In this document: positions 21,545-31,636 of the stretch, one piece after another
How positions within the stretch are numbered: the first letter of the stretch is position 1
Layout: each line of letters begins with the position of its first letter
Origin: Calditrichia bacterium
GTDB lineage: Bacteria > Calditrichota > Calditrichia > JAJRVZ01
Direction: 5' to 3'
NCBI GenBank assembly: GCA_963712885.1
Contig: CAVQJT010000004.1
Span: 80,108-144,107, forward strand
DNA length: 64,000 nt
Program-made: the position numbers and the translations under genes
Notes under the pieces: generated by a model
Told to the model about the DNA's origin: nothing
Seen by the model: the letters and a program-made list of their open reading frames with translations, nothing else
Databases searched by the model: none

Positions 21545-21959
21545 ATGATGACGAATTTTATCTATATCGTTCTGGGTACCGCGTTCGGGATCGTTCTGAC
21601 AAAGTCCGAAGTGATCAGACTGGTTCCGGATCAGGAAAATGTTTCTGCTGGAAGAACCCTATATGTATCTGATCATCGGTTCGGCGGTTTTAACCGGAAT
21701 AATTTCTGTGTTCATCCTTAAGAAATTTAAAATGACCTCGCTCAGTCAGGAACCGCTCGATTTTACCGGAAAGACATTTCATCGTGGTTTTATTTTTGGC
21801 AGTCTTTTATTTGGTATCGGCTGGGCGATCACCGGGGCCTGTCCGGGACCGGTTTTTGCGCAGATCGGTGCCGGGGAATATGCTGCGCTGTTCACCCTTA
21901 GCGGGGCGCTCCTGGGGGCGTTTTTGTATCACCTCATGCGTGATAAATTACCCCATTAA
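21545..21959 (+). CDS. YeeE/YedE family membrane protein (part 2), frame interrupted by one extra base at 21619
   Basis: ATG 21545 gives MMTNFIYIVLGTAFGIVLTKSEVI. Deleting A21619 (CAGACTG -> CAGCTG) continues SWFRIRKMFLLEEPYMYLIIGSAV... into the track ORF 21639..21959. The SEVISWFRI..MF pattern is typical of this family, from memory. Confidence 0.7.
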
Positions 21960-21964
21960 TATAA

Positions 21965-22222
21965 GACAGGATAACAGGATGGACAGGATTGACAAATATA
22001 CCACGAAGAGGCACGGAGGAACACGAAGAATACACGAAGAACCACAAAGGGAATAAAGAGACAGAATGAACAACAAGATGGGATTTAAAAAATTCAGATA
22101 GACTTTGCCGGTATTCGATCTTCTCCTTTACTAATCCCTAAATAATCTTCGTGGTCTTTAGTTTTACTTCGTGTTTCTCCGTGTAAAGTTTATAAATCCT
22201 GTCGATCCTGTTATCCTGTCCC
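21965..22222 (+). repeat. Family B MITE-like element, copy 2 (same orientation as copy 1)
   Basis: agacaggataacaggatggacagg...cacgaag x4 ... core ... cttcgtg x2 ...cctgtcgatcctgttatcctgtccc. Confidence 0.75.
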
Positions 22223-22241
22223 ATATTATTCAAGCCTATAT

Positions 22242-23486
22242 TTAATAAAGAATACGTGTTCGGATCGTGCCGGCAATATTCTGCAGCGCGGTTCTGAGTG
22301 ATCTTGAGTCTTCACGGGCAGCCAGCGGTTCGATATCCAGGACCACATACCCGATATCCCCTTTAGTTTCCAGATACTGTCCGCTAACGTTGATCCCCCG
22401 GTCGGCGATAATTTCATTGATCGATCGCAGGAGGCCCGGGCGGTTTTCATGAATGTGCAACAGACGTGTAGTATGTTCATTCAGCCTTAGATTGACGTTT
22501 GGGAAATTTACCGATCCTTCGGTATTCCCCAGGTCACTGAAGTACACCAGTTTTGTGGCCACTTCGGCGCCGATATTTTTCTGCGCTTCCTGGGTAGATC
22601 CCCCGATATGGGGCGTCAGGATGACGTTATTGAGTCCAACGAGCGGTGATTCAAATTTTTCATCTTTTGAGCCCGGCTCACGTGGGAAAACATCGATGGC
22701 TGCACCACGCAGTTTCCCCAGCTTCAAATATTCAGCCAGCGCGTCGATATCGACCACCCGCCCACGGCTGGCGTTGATCAGACAGGCGTCTGTTTTCATC
22801 AAAGTCAGGCGGTCACGGTTTAACATATTGATGGTGGTCTCATCCTCCGGCACGTGCAGCGTGACGACATCGGCATTTTTTAACAGATCCTCCAGCTGGT
22901 CCTCCGACCGGGCATTGCCCAGCGGCAAACAGGTCCTGATGTCATGGTAAATAACCTGCATACCCAGAGCCTCGGCCAGGATGGAGACCTGGGTACCGAT
23001 ATGACCGTATCCGATGATCCCCATCTTTTTACCGCGAAGTTCATTGCTGCTACTGGCGGATTTTACCCATTGCTGCCGGTGGGCGGCCATACTTTTTGGA
23101 AAGATCCCGCGCATCAGCATAACCGACAGACCGATGATCAATTCGGCGACCGAGCGGGTATTGGAATGAGGCGCATTAAACACCGGTATACCCATCCGCG
23201 CTGCCCGGGGCAGATCCACCTGATCGGTGCCGATGCAGAAGCAGCCGATGGCGATCAACTTCTGCGCCTTCCCGAGCAGGGTGTGGTCGATGGTTGTTCC
23301 GGAACGTATGCCCATGATATGGGCATTTTTTATTTTTTCGGCCAGGTCGGAGGTCGGAAATGCCAATGTGTGGGATTCAACATTTCTGTACCCGTGGCCA
23401 TTAAAAACCTCAATGGCCTGTGGATGAATATTTTCCAGGAGGACAATTTTGATCTTGTCTTTGGACAGGGAGAGCAGATTTTTCAT
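22242..23486 (-). CDS. serA: D-3-phosphoglycerate dehydrogenase
   Basis: 414 aa. NAD-binding GIIGYGHIGTQV, 2-hydroxyacid dehydrogenase core and a C-terminal ACT-like domain. Confidence 0.85.
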   Translation of the reverse strand: MKNLLSLSKDKIKIVLLENIHPQAIEVFNGHGYRNVESHTLAFPTSDLAEKIKNAHIMGIRSGTTIDHTLLGKAQKLIAIGCFCIGTDQVDLPRAARMGIPVFNAPHSNTRSVAELIIGLSVMLMRGIFPKSMAAHRQQWVKSASSSNELRGKKMGIIGYGHIGTQVSILAEALGMQVIYHDIRTCLPLGNARSEDQLEDLLKNADVVTLHVPEDETTINMLNRDRLTLMKTDACLINASRGRVVDIDALAEYLKLGKLRGAAIDVFPREPGSKDEKFESPLVGLNNVILTPHIGGSTQEAQKNIGAEVATKLVYFSDLGNTEGSVNFPNVNLRLNEHTTRLLHIHENRPGLLRSINEIIADRGINVSGQYLETKGDIGYVVLDIEPLAAREDSRSLRTALQNIAGTIRTRILY

Positions 23487-23674
23487 GTCTGACCGTATTT
23501 CCTGATCTAAAAATAAAAATACCCCAGAGCGTACTGTGGGTATTTAATTCCGTGATTTGTGAATTGACTATGGTAAATGTAACCATCGCCGACTAAAATT
23601 AAAAGGGGCTTTAAGAAATCAAAGATTTTCCGGTCATTCTCTGAGAATCTTACTCGGTGTTATTGTGTTATATT

Positions 23675-24283
23675 GCTACTTTTTGACGGGCCAAAAAGCT
23701 TGTCCCGGTGACAACCGGGATCTCCCTGGCGACAATTAAACTCGTCACGATATTCGTAATCCTGATCAACGGGTCATTTATGATTAACCCGCAATATCGT
23801 GCCTCAAACAGAAATTGTCGCCATTGCACCTCCGTGGCAATTCCCATCTGCATTGAGAATTGAACCAGAACTTGTCTATCGTCCATTTTAGATGTTCAGG
23901 CGAATGAGTTCCTGGAAAGTATCGGATATTTTTTATCGACAACGGTCGTACTCCGTCACGCCGAAAGAAAAAGATTGACAAATCCGTTTTAAACCCAAAC
24001 GGAGCGACGACATACGACCGCTTTTGATAAAAAATTGCCAGAGTATCCCGGAACGTCATATGTGGCAAATCCACACATAAAAATAGACAAGTTCGTTTTT
24101 AGTTTACATCTAATGAGGTAAATACCAAAAAAGTGTAATTGCGACAATTTCTGTCTGAGTACCGATATCGGTTATTAAGCTGCATGGTCCCATAGATCGA
24201 TATACTGATATCGGGGCGAGTTTAATTGTCGCCGGGGAGATCCCGGTTGTCACCGGGACAAGCTTTTTGGTGGATTCAAAAAG
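23675..24283. repeat. Composite inverted-repeat element: two ~150-bp family C units in opposite orientation flanking ~320 bp
   Basis: Arm 23675-23822 (reverse) and arm 24141-24283 (forward) share GCGACAATTTCTGT.TGAG ... G.CGAGTTTAATTGTCGCC.GGGAGATCCCGGTTGTCACCGGGACAAGCTTTTTGG..CAAAAAG. A third unit lies at 62071-62222. Confidence 0.7.
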
Positions 24284-24414
24284 GAACAAAGATTAAACAG
24301 GGATTACATTTTACCCTGTGAATAAATAGAACATTTACCCAAAAAAAGATTGTATTTAACGCAATTGATGGTTACTCTTGACCGGTTTTTCACAACAGGC
24401 TGAAAGCGGGAAAT

Positions 24415-25686
24415 ATGAAGACGACCGACAGCCGTAAGACATCATTTTTGGGCTATGTCAGATCAATGGGGCCGGGTGTGGTTGTTGTCCTGACCTGGCT
24501 GGGTGCCGGAGATCTGGTGGAATCGGCAACCGCCGGCGGCAATTATGGCTATGCGCTGATGTGGTCTTTTGTCCTGGCTCTTTTTGTCCGCTATCTGTTT
24601 GTATCGATCATTTCAAAGTATCAGCTGTTTAATCCCCGGGGCGAATCGGTGATTTCCGGTCTTTGCCGGGTTCACCGGCTATATGCACCGTTTATTTTTA
24701 TTTGCGGATTGGTCATTTCCCACGGGGTCGGGGTTTATCTGTTGATGGGCCTCAGTGAAGTATGTGTGAAAATCAGTGGTATCGGAGAGCCCGGCTATTG
24801 GGGGCTGCTTTTGTCGGGTATCGCTTATTTCAGTGTATATAAACCCCTGTACCGCCGGACCGAGAAAGTGATCCTGGCGCTCGCTGCCCTGCTGACAATT
24901 TCCCTGCTTGGTCTGGCTGTGGCCGCGGGTCCTTCTCCGCTGGCGCTGGCGGAAGGGGTAATCGGATTTGCCGTCCCAGTGCAAATAGGACGGTTTGACG
25001 CCGTCTTTATCGCCGTATCGCTTCTGGGTGCGGTTGGCGGCGGGCTGGCCAATCTGATGTATCCGTATTTTATCAGGGAAAAGGGGTGGACCGGGCCGGA
25101 ACACCGGCGGTTGCAGCAATATGACCTGATCTTCGGTATTGCTGTTCTGATCGTCCTGGATCTGGCGGTCTGGACGGTGGGCGCTGAAATTCTTCATCCC
25201 AGTGGGATTCATGTGACCGATCTGGACAGCCTGGCAAACATATTGGGGGCATCATTCGGCTTAATGGGCACCAGGATATTTTATATCGGGGTATTTGCCG
25301 CCCTGTTCAGCTCGATCGCCGGCAACGGTGCGGCTTACGGCTACCTCATATCCGATTCGTACACCTTAATGCGGAAAGAAAAGAGCGGCGTTCAGCGGAA
25401 CATCGGGTATCGCTGGATCGCTGCCTGGGTAATTCTTTCGCCGCTGCCCTGGGTGGTATTCGGAAAGTCCGATTTCATCGGTGTCACAATTGCGGTAAAT
25501 GCGGCACAGGTGGTGATTATTCCGGTGCTGGTATTCGGGGTCTGGATGATAACGGCAAAGGCAAAATATATCGGCGATCTGCGGTGCAACAACCGGCTTG
25601 AAAATGTATTTATCGCGTTTTTGATGGTGCTGGGGTGTGTGGCGGCCTGGTTTTCGTTTGAGAGGATTTTGGGAATGGTTTTTTAG
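24415..25686 (+). CDS. Nramp-family divalent metal transporter (MntH-like)
   Basis: 423 aa polytopic membrane protein. The N-terminal GPGVVVVLTWLGAGDLVESATAGGNYGYALMW resembles the Nramp signature region. Confidence 0.5.
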   Translation: MKTTDSRKTSFLGYVRSMGPGVVVVLTWLGAGDLVESATAGGNYGYALMWSFVLALFVRYLFVSIISKYQLFNPRGESVISGLCRVHRLYAPFIFICGLVISHGVGVYLLMGLSEVCVKISGIGEPGYWGLLLSGIAYFSVYKPLYRRTEKVILALAALLTISLLGLAVAAGPSPLALAEGVIGFAVPVQIGRFDAVFIAVSLLGAVGGGLANLMYPYFIREKGWTGPEHRRLQQYDLIFGIAVLIVLDLAVWTVGAEILHPSGIHVTDLDSLANILGASFGLMGTRIFYIGVFAALFSSIAGNGAAYGYLISDSYTLMRKEKSGVQRNIGYRWIAAWVILSPLPWVVFGKSDFIGVTIAVNAAQVVIIPVLVFGVWMITAKAKYIGDLRCNNRLENVFIAFLMVLGCVAAWFSFERILGMVF

Positions 25687-25712
25687 ATTAGGGATTATTA
25701 TTAATTTGTATT

Positions 25713-25854
25713 GTCTTAACCATGTGTTTACACTTTTCACAAAACAGTAATCCAATTGATTGAATCGAAGCACCATGTCATTCTGTAAGAATCTTCCTGG
25801 TTTTTAGTCTGGTTTCGGCAACAAGGAAGATGCTTACAGCATGACAATTAATAT
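25713..25854 (-). repeat. Family A long-hairpin element, copy 2 (reverse orientation)
   Basis: The reverse complement reads aattgtcatgctgtaagcatcttccttgttgccgaaaccagactaaaaaccaggaagattcttacagaatgacatggtgcttcgattcaatcaattggattactgttttgtgaaaagtgtaaacacatggttaagac. Confidence 0.7.
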
Positions 25855-26020
25855 ATATAAATAAAAATTTTACCTAATTTTATGTTTGACAGCAACCAGG
25901 TTTCCATGCCATTTTTTGCCTACTGCTTGCCCGCCGGAGGCGTGGCCTACAGCATACTGCCTACTGAATCTCTCATCCCTCATCTCTATTCCCTAATTGT
26001 CAGAAAGGTATATTTTCGTT

Positions 26021-27103
26021 ATGCTTAGATCTTTAGAAGAATACAAAGAGCGGCATTTGGCTTTCTGGTCGCTGGCGGATATGGAAAGGCCCTTGATTGG
26101 ATTTACCATCGGGGCGGGTTTGGATTCGTGGAGTTACTGGCAGTATAACAGAGGGGCCCAGGCGCTGCTCAATCGGGATACGATTTCCCCGGATGATATC
26201 CATCCGCAGGATTTTATCGATGACCAGCGCACCTATCTGGCGCTGTCGGAGCAAATTGATGATGATATCATCCGCACGGCCATGCCGCTGGCGTCAATTC
26301 CCTGGATGGAAGCCATTCTGGGGTGCCCGGTTTTATCCAGCGAGGCAAGTATGAAAAGTGCCCCCATTCTGGAAAATGCCGCGTCGTTAAAACCGGACCC
26401 CTTTGATCCTGAAAATCCATGGGTCCGCAAGTATCTTGAGTTTATCGGGGTCTATACAAAGGCATTTGGAAACGATTATCCGGTGGCGCAGTCGGTCTTA
26501 CGCGGGCCATCGGATCTGGCCAGTGCCCTGCTGGGAGCGGAAAATGCCACCATGGCGCTGGCGATGGAACCGGAGGCGCTGCACCGACTGCTTGAACATG
26601 TCACCGTTCATCTTGAGGCATTTCTGCGTCTGCAGCAGGCGCATCTGCGGGCATTTCATGGCGGTTATGTGATCGGACAGTATGACATCTGGGCATCGGA
26701 ACCGGTTATCCGGATCCAGGAAGATTTTTCGGTAATGTATTCCCCGCGGTTCTATGAAACCTTTCTCAAACCGCTGGATGCGCGGCTGGCAACGCTTTCA
26801 AATTATACACTGATCCATTTGCATGCACCTTCGCTTTTCCTGATCGATTATTTTCTGGAAATACCCCAGATCAGGGCCTTCCAGGTATCCAAAGATGCCG
26901 GAGCAACAAACCTGGCAGAAATGATCCCCCCGTTGCAGAAAATCAAGCAGGCAGGGAAGCCATTAATTGTCAAGGGACAGTTTGATCACCGGGATATTGA
27001 GCAGATGAAGAAAAATTTATCGGTGGAAGGTTTGTGTATTCAGCCGGTAGTAAATGATCTTGCTCATGCGCAGGCCATGTTGCCTGAGCTAAAAAAATGG
27101 TAA
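26021..27103 (+). CDS. Hypothetical protein, possibly URO-D-like (uroporphyrinogen decarboxylase superfamily) TIM barrel
   Basis: 360 aa from ATG 26021. The segment LRGPSDLASALLGAENATMALAMEPEALHRLLEHVT is reminiscent of URO-D/MtaA-type proteins. Weak, from memory only. Confidence 0.3.
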   Translation: MLRSLEEYKERHLAFWSLADMERPLIGFTIGAGLDSWSYWQYNRGAQALLNRDTISPDDIHPQDFIDDQRTYLALSEQIDDDIIRTAMPLASIPWMEAILGCPVLSSEASMKSAPILENAASLKPDPFDPENPWVRKYLEFIGVYTKAFGNDYPVAQSVLRGPSDLASALLGAENATMALAMEPEALHRLLEHVTVHLEAFLRLQQAHLRAFHGGYVIGQYDIWASEPVIRIQEDFSVMYSPRFYETFLKPLDARLATLSNYTLIHLHAPSLFLIDYFLEIPQIRAFQVSKDAGATNLAEMIPPLQKIKQAGKPLIVKGQFDHRDIEQMKKNLSVEGLCIQPVVNDLAHAQAMLPELKKW

Positions 27104-27146
27104 TACAGACGGTACAAGCCGTACAAAGAAAATCTATACTCTTTAA

Positions 27147-28244
27147 CTATAGCGGTTGGCAGACAGGTGAGTGATCATCAGCAACCGATTCGGTCAGTTT
27201 CAGGTTCCCGCCGCCGCCGGCATTTACCCGCCAGATGTCATGGTTACCCAGTTGATCGGATAAATATAATATATGCAGACCATCCGGCGTAAACAACGGG
27301 GACACATCATCGGTCAGATTATCGGTCAATCGCCTGATATTGGTACCATCGGCATTCATGATAAATATTTCGGTGCTTGAAATTTCTCCATGCGCAGCAG
27401 TCGATTCTGATATGGTTACACCCAATGAAAATACGATCCTGGTTCCGTCAGGCGAGACACAGGGTGCAATGGGATTTTTCTCAAAACTGGTCAACCGGGT
27501 GATTTCACCGCCGTCGGAATTTATCACATAAATTTGCCGGCCGATATCCATATCGCTATGTTCAGGTATATATGCGGTAAAGTAAATTTTGGTGGCGTCA
27601 GGTGAATACGTTTTATCCCACGTATGGTAATTAAACGTCAGCTGTTTCTTATTTTGTCCGTCCGTATCCATGGTGAATATATCCCAGCTGCCGCTTCGAT
27701 AGGATAGGAAAGCGATTTGTGTTCCGGCGGAAGAAAACTCCGGATCCCAGTGATCAATTCCCGGATTATCGGTTAACCTGGTAATCCCGCCGGAATCGGG
27801 ATCGGTCAGGCAAATATCCCAGCCCTCATAATAAGCGACATAGCAGATCCGGGATCCGTCGGGAGAGAATACCGGATACCGCTCGCTGGTGAAGTACGTA
27901 TTTGTCAGATTAACCGGACTATCTCCGTTTACATCCATGATATAAATATCCTCCGAATGAACCCGGTTAGAAGCGAAGGCGATTCGGGTACCATCAGGTG
28001 AAAAGGCCGGACTTCGGTCGCTGGCCAGGGTATCTGTCAGGTTTATTTTATTACTGCCATCCCTTTCCATTATGTAGATTTCGGCCAGCGCCCCGCTTTC
28101 TGATGTATATGCGATTTTACCGGTCCGGTCAGAAGGATTAGAAGTACTCTCATTAATACTTCTGCATTGAGAACAGAGTAGCAACGTGCTCAGAAGGGTT
28201 ATTTTCAGCAGATATGCTTTTAATTTGTTCATCATGTCCCTCAC
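27147..28244 (-). CDS. TolB-like beta-propeller lipoprotein (PD40/WD40-like repeats)
   Basis: 365 aa. Lipoprotein signal (LLCSQC). Repeated D.SP.FSPDG..I.F/Y motifs. Confidence 0.75.
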   Translation of the reverse strand: MRDMMNKLKAYLLKITLLSTLLLCSQCRSINESTSNPSDRTGKIAYTSESGALAEIYIMERDGSNKINLTDTLASDRSPAFSPDGTRIAFASNRVHSEDIYIMDVNGDSPVNLTNTYFTSERYPVFSPDGSRICYVAYYEGWDICLTDPDSGGITRLTDNPGIDHWDPEFSSAGTQIAFLSYRSGSWDIFTMDTDGQNKKQLTFNYHTWDKTYSPDATKIYFTAYIPEHSDMDIGRQIYVINSDGGEITRLTSFEKNPIAPCVSPDGTRIVFSLGVTISESTAAHGEISSTEIFIMNADGTNIRRLTDNLTDDVSPLFTPDGLHILYLSDQLGNHDIWRVNAGGGGNLKLTESVADDHSPVCQPL

Positions 28245-28448
28245 TATTTGAAATTATAGGTTTCGGGATCGTTTTCTGAAAATCCGATTATTTTTGTTTG
28301 AAGAACCTGTATACAATTATAAGTCGTTCCTATGGCGGGGTATATGCTTTAAAATCAGCCTATATGCCGGTCTTTTATCGTACGTAATATAAGACAAAAT
28401 CCCGGTGATAAACGATTTTTTTTATTCGTGCTGATCGGGCTTTTAAGA

Positions 28449-28826
28449 TCATGCTTTAAGCTCAAAAAGATTGCCGTCGAAATCGGAAATAAACGTAATA
28501 ACACCCGAACCTTTTGAAACTTCGACAACTTTCACTTCTGCATCCCTGCAGATGCGAACAATTTTTGTCACATCGGCAACTTTGATACAGGAATGTGCGA
28601 TCTGTTTTTCCGGCGCTGTATATTTCTTATACACAAAGATCTCAAAATCAACCGTTCCGCCCTGATAATGTATCATTTTGAGTTCACTATGGATTCCAAA
28701 AAGAGCTTTGGCAAGATTCATATTAATAATTCGCGGTTCCGATTTTTTCAATCCGAGAATAGCGACAAAAAACCGGTCCGCCCTTTCTTCACTGCTCGCG
28801 GCCAACCCGGTGTGGATATACTTCAT
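28449..28826 (-). CDS. VOC (glyoxalase/bleomycin-resistance/dioxygenase) family protein
   Basis: 125 aa. VOC-like N-terminus (MKYIHTGLAASSEERADRFFVAILGL) and size. Confidence 0.5.
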   Translation of the reverse strand: MKYIHTGLAASSEERADRFFVAILGLKKSEPRIINMNLAKALFGIHSELKMIHYQGGTVDFEIFVYKKYTAPEKQIAHSCIKVADVTKIVRICRDAEVKVVEVSKGSGVITFISDFDGNLFELKA

Positions 28827-28827
28827 A

Positions 28828-29845
28828 TCATCCTTCCTGTGGTTTGATGATGATCTTTAGCGATTCGGTGCCATCCAGCAGCAGCTTAAATCCTTTATCC
28901 GTGTCTTTGAGCGGCAGCCGGTGGGTGATGAGGTCGTCCACGATGATTTTCCCGCCAGAAATCAGGTCGAGGGCCTCTTCGATATCGGGCGGCCCGCAGT
29001 AATAGGAGGTGATGATGCGGATCTCCTTCCGCCAGAAATCGTTGACCGGAACAACCACGTCCTTCTCAGGCCCGGGTACGGCGAATAAGACCACAACGCC
29101 GCCCATATCGACGCTCTCCCAGGCCTGCTGGAAGGCGGAAAGGGCAGAAGTTGTTACAATAACAATATCTGCTTTCCGGCCGGTAACTTCGATCAGTCTG
29201 CTTGAGGACATCCGAATCCGCTGAGATGACATGATCTGCACCGAACCGTCTGGCCATTTCCAGTCTGTTTTTATTAATATCGGTTGCAAAGACCATACAG
29301 TCTTTATATTTGGCCAGTTTCACATTCAGAAGTCCGGACATACCCGATCCGAGGATAAGGACGATTTGTCCTTCTTTGATATCGGCCAGTTTCTGGGCTC
29401 TGACCACACAGGCTAAAGGTTCGATAAAGGTCGCCTGATCGTAGCTGACATTTTCGGGCAGCCGGTAGCAGCCGTTGGCCACCAGTTGCTTAGGTACGAG
29501 GATGTATTCGGCAAAACCTCCCGGCAGCCTGTCTTTTACAGCCGTACATTGCGGGTAATGACCATTCAGGCAATACCGGCATTTCAGGCACGGTATTTTT
29601 GGAGCGATAAACAGCCGGTCGCCCTTTTTAAATTTGGTCACGCCGGGACCGGTTTCCAAAACCTCCACCCCCACCTCATGGCCCTGGACCAGGGGGGCGC
29701 GGGGCAGGCGGTACCACTCGACGATATCACTACCGCAAATCCCGCAGGACATGACCTTTACCAGCAGCTCACCCGGACCCGGCGTTGGTGTCGGCACGTC
29801 TTGAAGCCGGATGTCGTTGTTGTTGTACCACATGGAAACCTTCAT
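28828..29845 (-). CDS. Zn-dependent alcohol/polyol dehydrogenase (MDR family), frame interrupted by one extra base at 29197
   Basis: The N-terminal ORF 29066..29845 (GHEVGVEV, CGICGSD, GSGMSGLL) and the C-terminal ORF 28828..29289 are two halves of one MDR. Deleting T29197 (CAGTCTG -> CAGCTG on the + strand) gives ...GADHVISADSDVLKQLIEVTGRKADIVIVTTSA.... Confidence 0.75.
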
Positions 29846-29971
29846 ATGTCCCTTCTGACTTTATAAGGTCAATTTTTCAGTAGGCAGAAAGCAGTTGGCA
29901 GTAGGCTGTGCTGGTATGTCTAATCTCTGTTGAATCGTTTAATTGTTGAACTGTTTAATCGTTTCCTGCCG

Positions 29972-30039
29972 GTCATCCTGTAAGGATCTTCCTGCGTATA
30001 AATCCATATGTTTATTTAGGAAGATGCTTACAGCATGAC
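29972..30039 (+). repeat. Family A hairpin only (GTCATCCTGTAAGGATCTTCCT ... AGGAAGATGCTTACAGCATGAC)
   Basis: Near-perfect ~22-bp inverted arms around a ~24-nt loop. The same arm sequence occurs in the other family A copies. Confidence 0.7.
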
Positions 30040-30068
30040 AAGATATATCGATTTATACTGCCATCTGC

Positions 30069-30947
30069 CTACTTATTCTTCAGGGAATCATACAATTCCA
30101 TGGCTTTCTCCGGTGTTTCCCCCTCGTGGACGACGGCCCGGACCGCCTGGATCATGGCGATGGGGGCATCGGACTGGAAGATATTCCGGCCCATGTCAAC
30201 CCCTGCGGCACCTTCCTGGACAGCGCGCCAGGCCATTTTGAGCGCATCCGGCTCGGGGAGTTTTTTCCCACCGGCGATCACGATCGGAACCGGGCAGGAG
30301 GCGGTGACCGTTTCAAATCCATCGGGCACGTAGTAGGTCTTGATATAATGGGCGCCCAGTTCGGCGCAGATACGGGTAGCCAGCCGGAAATATTTTGCAT
30401 CGCGCACCATGTCCTTGCCGACCGCCGTCACCGCCAGGGTCGGTATCCCGTAGCGGGTACCCATATCGACCATTCTGGTCATATTGATGATCGATTCCCG
30501 TTCATGCTCCCCGCCGATAAAAACCTGCACCGCCATAGCCGAAACATTCAAACGGATGGCGTCCTCGATGTCCACCGCCAGGTCCTCATTGGAAAGTTCC
30601 TTGAGGATACTGGTTCCGCCGGAGACCCTGAGAACGATCGATTTCTGAGAATCGGGTGGAATGATGCTGCGCAGGACACCGCGGGTCAGCATCAGCGTAT
30701 CGGCCCAGGGTTCCAGCGGCAGGATATTGACATCGATCCGTTCGAGGCCGGTGGTCGGGCCCTGGAAGTAGCCGTGATCGATGGCCAGCATGACCGTTCT
30801 GCCGCTCTTCGGGTTAAAGATCCGGCCCAGCCGGTTTTTCATGCCCCAGTCCAGGGCATTGGATCCTTTCAGAAAGAATGCCTCTGATTTTTGGGGGATA
30901 TCGGTATAATATTGTTTTGCTTCGCTGGTTCCGTCGGTATCGGGCAT
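30069..30947 (-). CDS. Class I aldolase of the DhnA/FbaB/LsrF (DeoC/LacD-like) family
   Basis: 292 aa. TIM-barrel class I aldolase pattern with Lys region HYIKTYY and VLRVSGGTS. Confidence 0.7.
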   Translation of the reverse strand: MPDTDGTSEAKQYYTDIPQKSEAFFLKGSNALDWGMKNRLGRIFNPKSGRTVMLAIDHGYFQGPTTGLERIDVNILPLEPWADTLMLTRGVLRSIIPPDSQKSIVLRVSGGTSILKELSNEDLAVDIEDAIRLNVSAMAVQVFIGGEHERESIINMTRMVDMGTRYGIPTLAVTAVGKDMVRDAKYFRLATRICAELGAHYIKTYYVPDGFETVTASCPVPIVIAGGKKLPEPDALKMAWRAVQEGAAGVDMGRNIFQSDAPIAMIQAVRAVVHEGETPEKAMELYDSLKNK

Positions 30948-31185
30948 GGCTTTACTCCTTAGACTTATCAGAAATTGCTAAAAATTAAGGTGGAATAACT
31001 GATCTTTAAGTTAAACAACCAGAAAAAAATAAGCAATCAGTACGGACCCTTATACGAAGCATATAATTGTCAGATTAAAGCGGGAAATATTATTCTACCA
31101 TAGTCAGTGTGGGCTATAAAGAAATTCGAACAACAAATGGATCAAATAAAAAACCAGAATGTATATCAACAGGCACAGCGTGTTC

Positions 31186-31620
31186 ATTCTTTATGAAATC
31201 CAAATTTGCCCCTGAATTTCATTGGTGTTTCAAGTAATTGCTTCACGGTTTCAAAAATGACTCTGAATTGTTTATCATACTTCCTTTCAATGACTTCTAT
31301 TTTAACCATAAAATCGGTAAAATTTCAGCTAAGTTTTCTCAGTTGAACAGCAGTCGCATATATGCAATATTTACTTTGACCCCAGGTTCACTCTTAAGCA
31401 CCGATTATAGCATAGTGACACTTTGTCTGGTAATGGCGAAAGGTGGTTATCTTCGCTCACCCCGGCTTGAGGTCACAATTTGTAACCTCAAAACCGGGAA
31501 TTTCTCCTGTGATAATTTGAGCATAAAATCATCCGGAAATCTAAATATATTTCTTTTTACGGTCCGGACCAGGCGGTTTGTCCAGCATGATAGAGCTCAG
31601 CCAGATCCTATAATTCGACA
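31186..31620 (-). pseudogene. Decayed ORF6N-domain (KilA-N/Rha-like, phage-associated) gene
   Basis: Reverse-strand fragments lie in shifting frames with stops: VKRNIFRFPDDFMLKLSQEKFPVLRLQIVTSSRGERR*PPFAITRQSVTML*SVLKSEPGVKVNIAYMRLL, and a C-terminal KIEVIERKYDKQFRVIFETVKQLLE. They match the ORF6N pattern (RFP.DFMF.L...L.[34 protein letters not shown].IMR) from memory. Confidence 0.6.
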
Positions 31621-31636
31621 TATTCATTGAATGTAT

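Noticed and set aside
23668-24074. ORFs 23668..23886 and 23784..24074 inside the composite inverted repeat.
   Set aside because: They overlap repeat arms, have no RBS or family signal, and one arm reappears non-coding at 62071-62222.
30126-30887. Long antisense ORFs inside strong genes (e.g. 30126..30887, 2933..3487, 17648..18274, 22453..23492, 43167..44031, 24679..25212, 45717..46247).
   Set aside because: Each lies opposite a gene with unambiguous family motifs. Their products are Arg/Gly/Pro-rich low-complexity sequence typical of GC-rich antisense frames.
31238-31630. 130-aa + strand ORF.
   Set aside because: It is antisense to the recognisable ORF6N pseudogene fragments.
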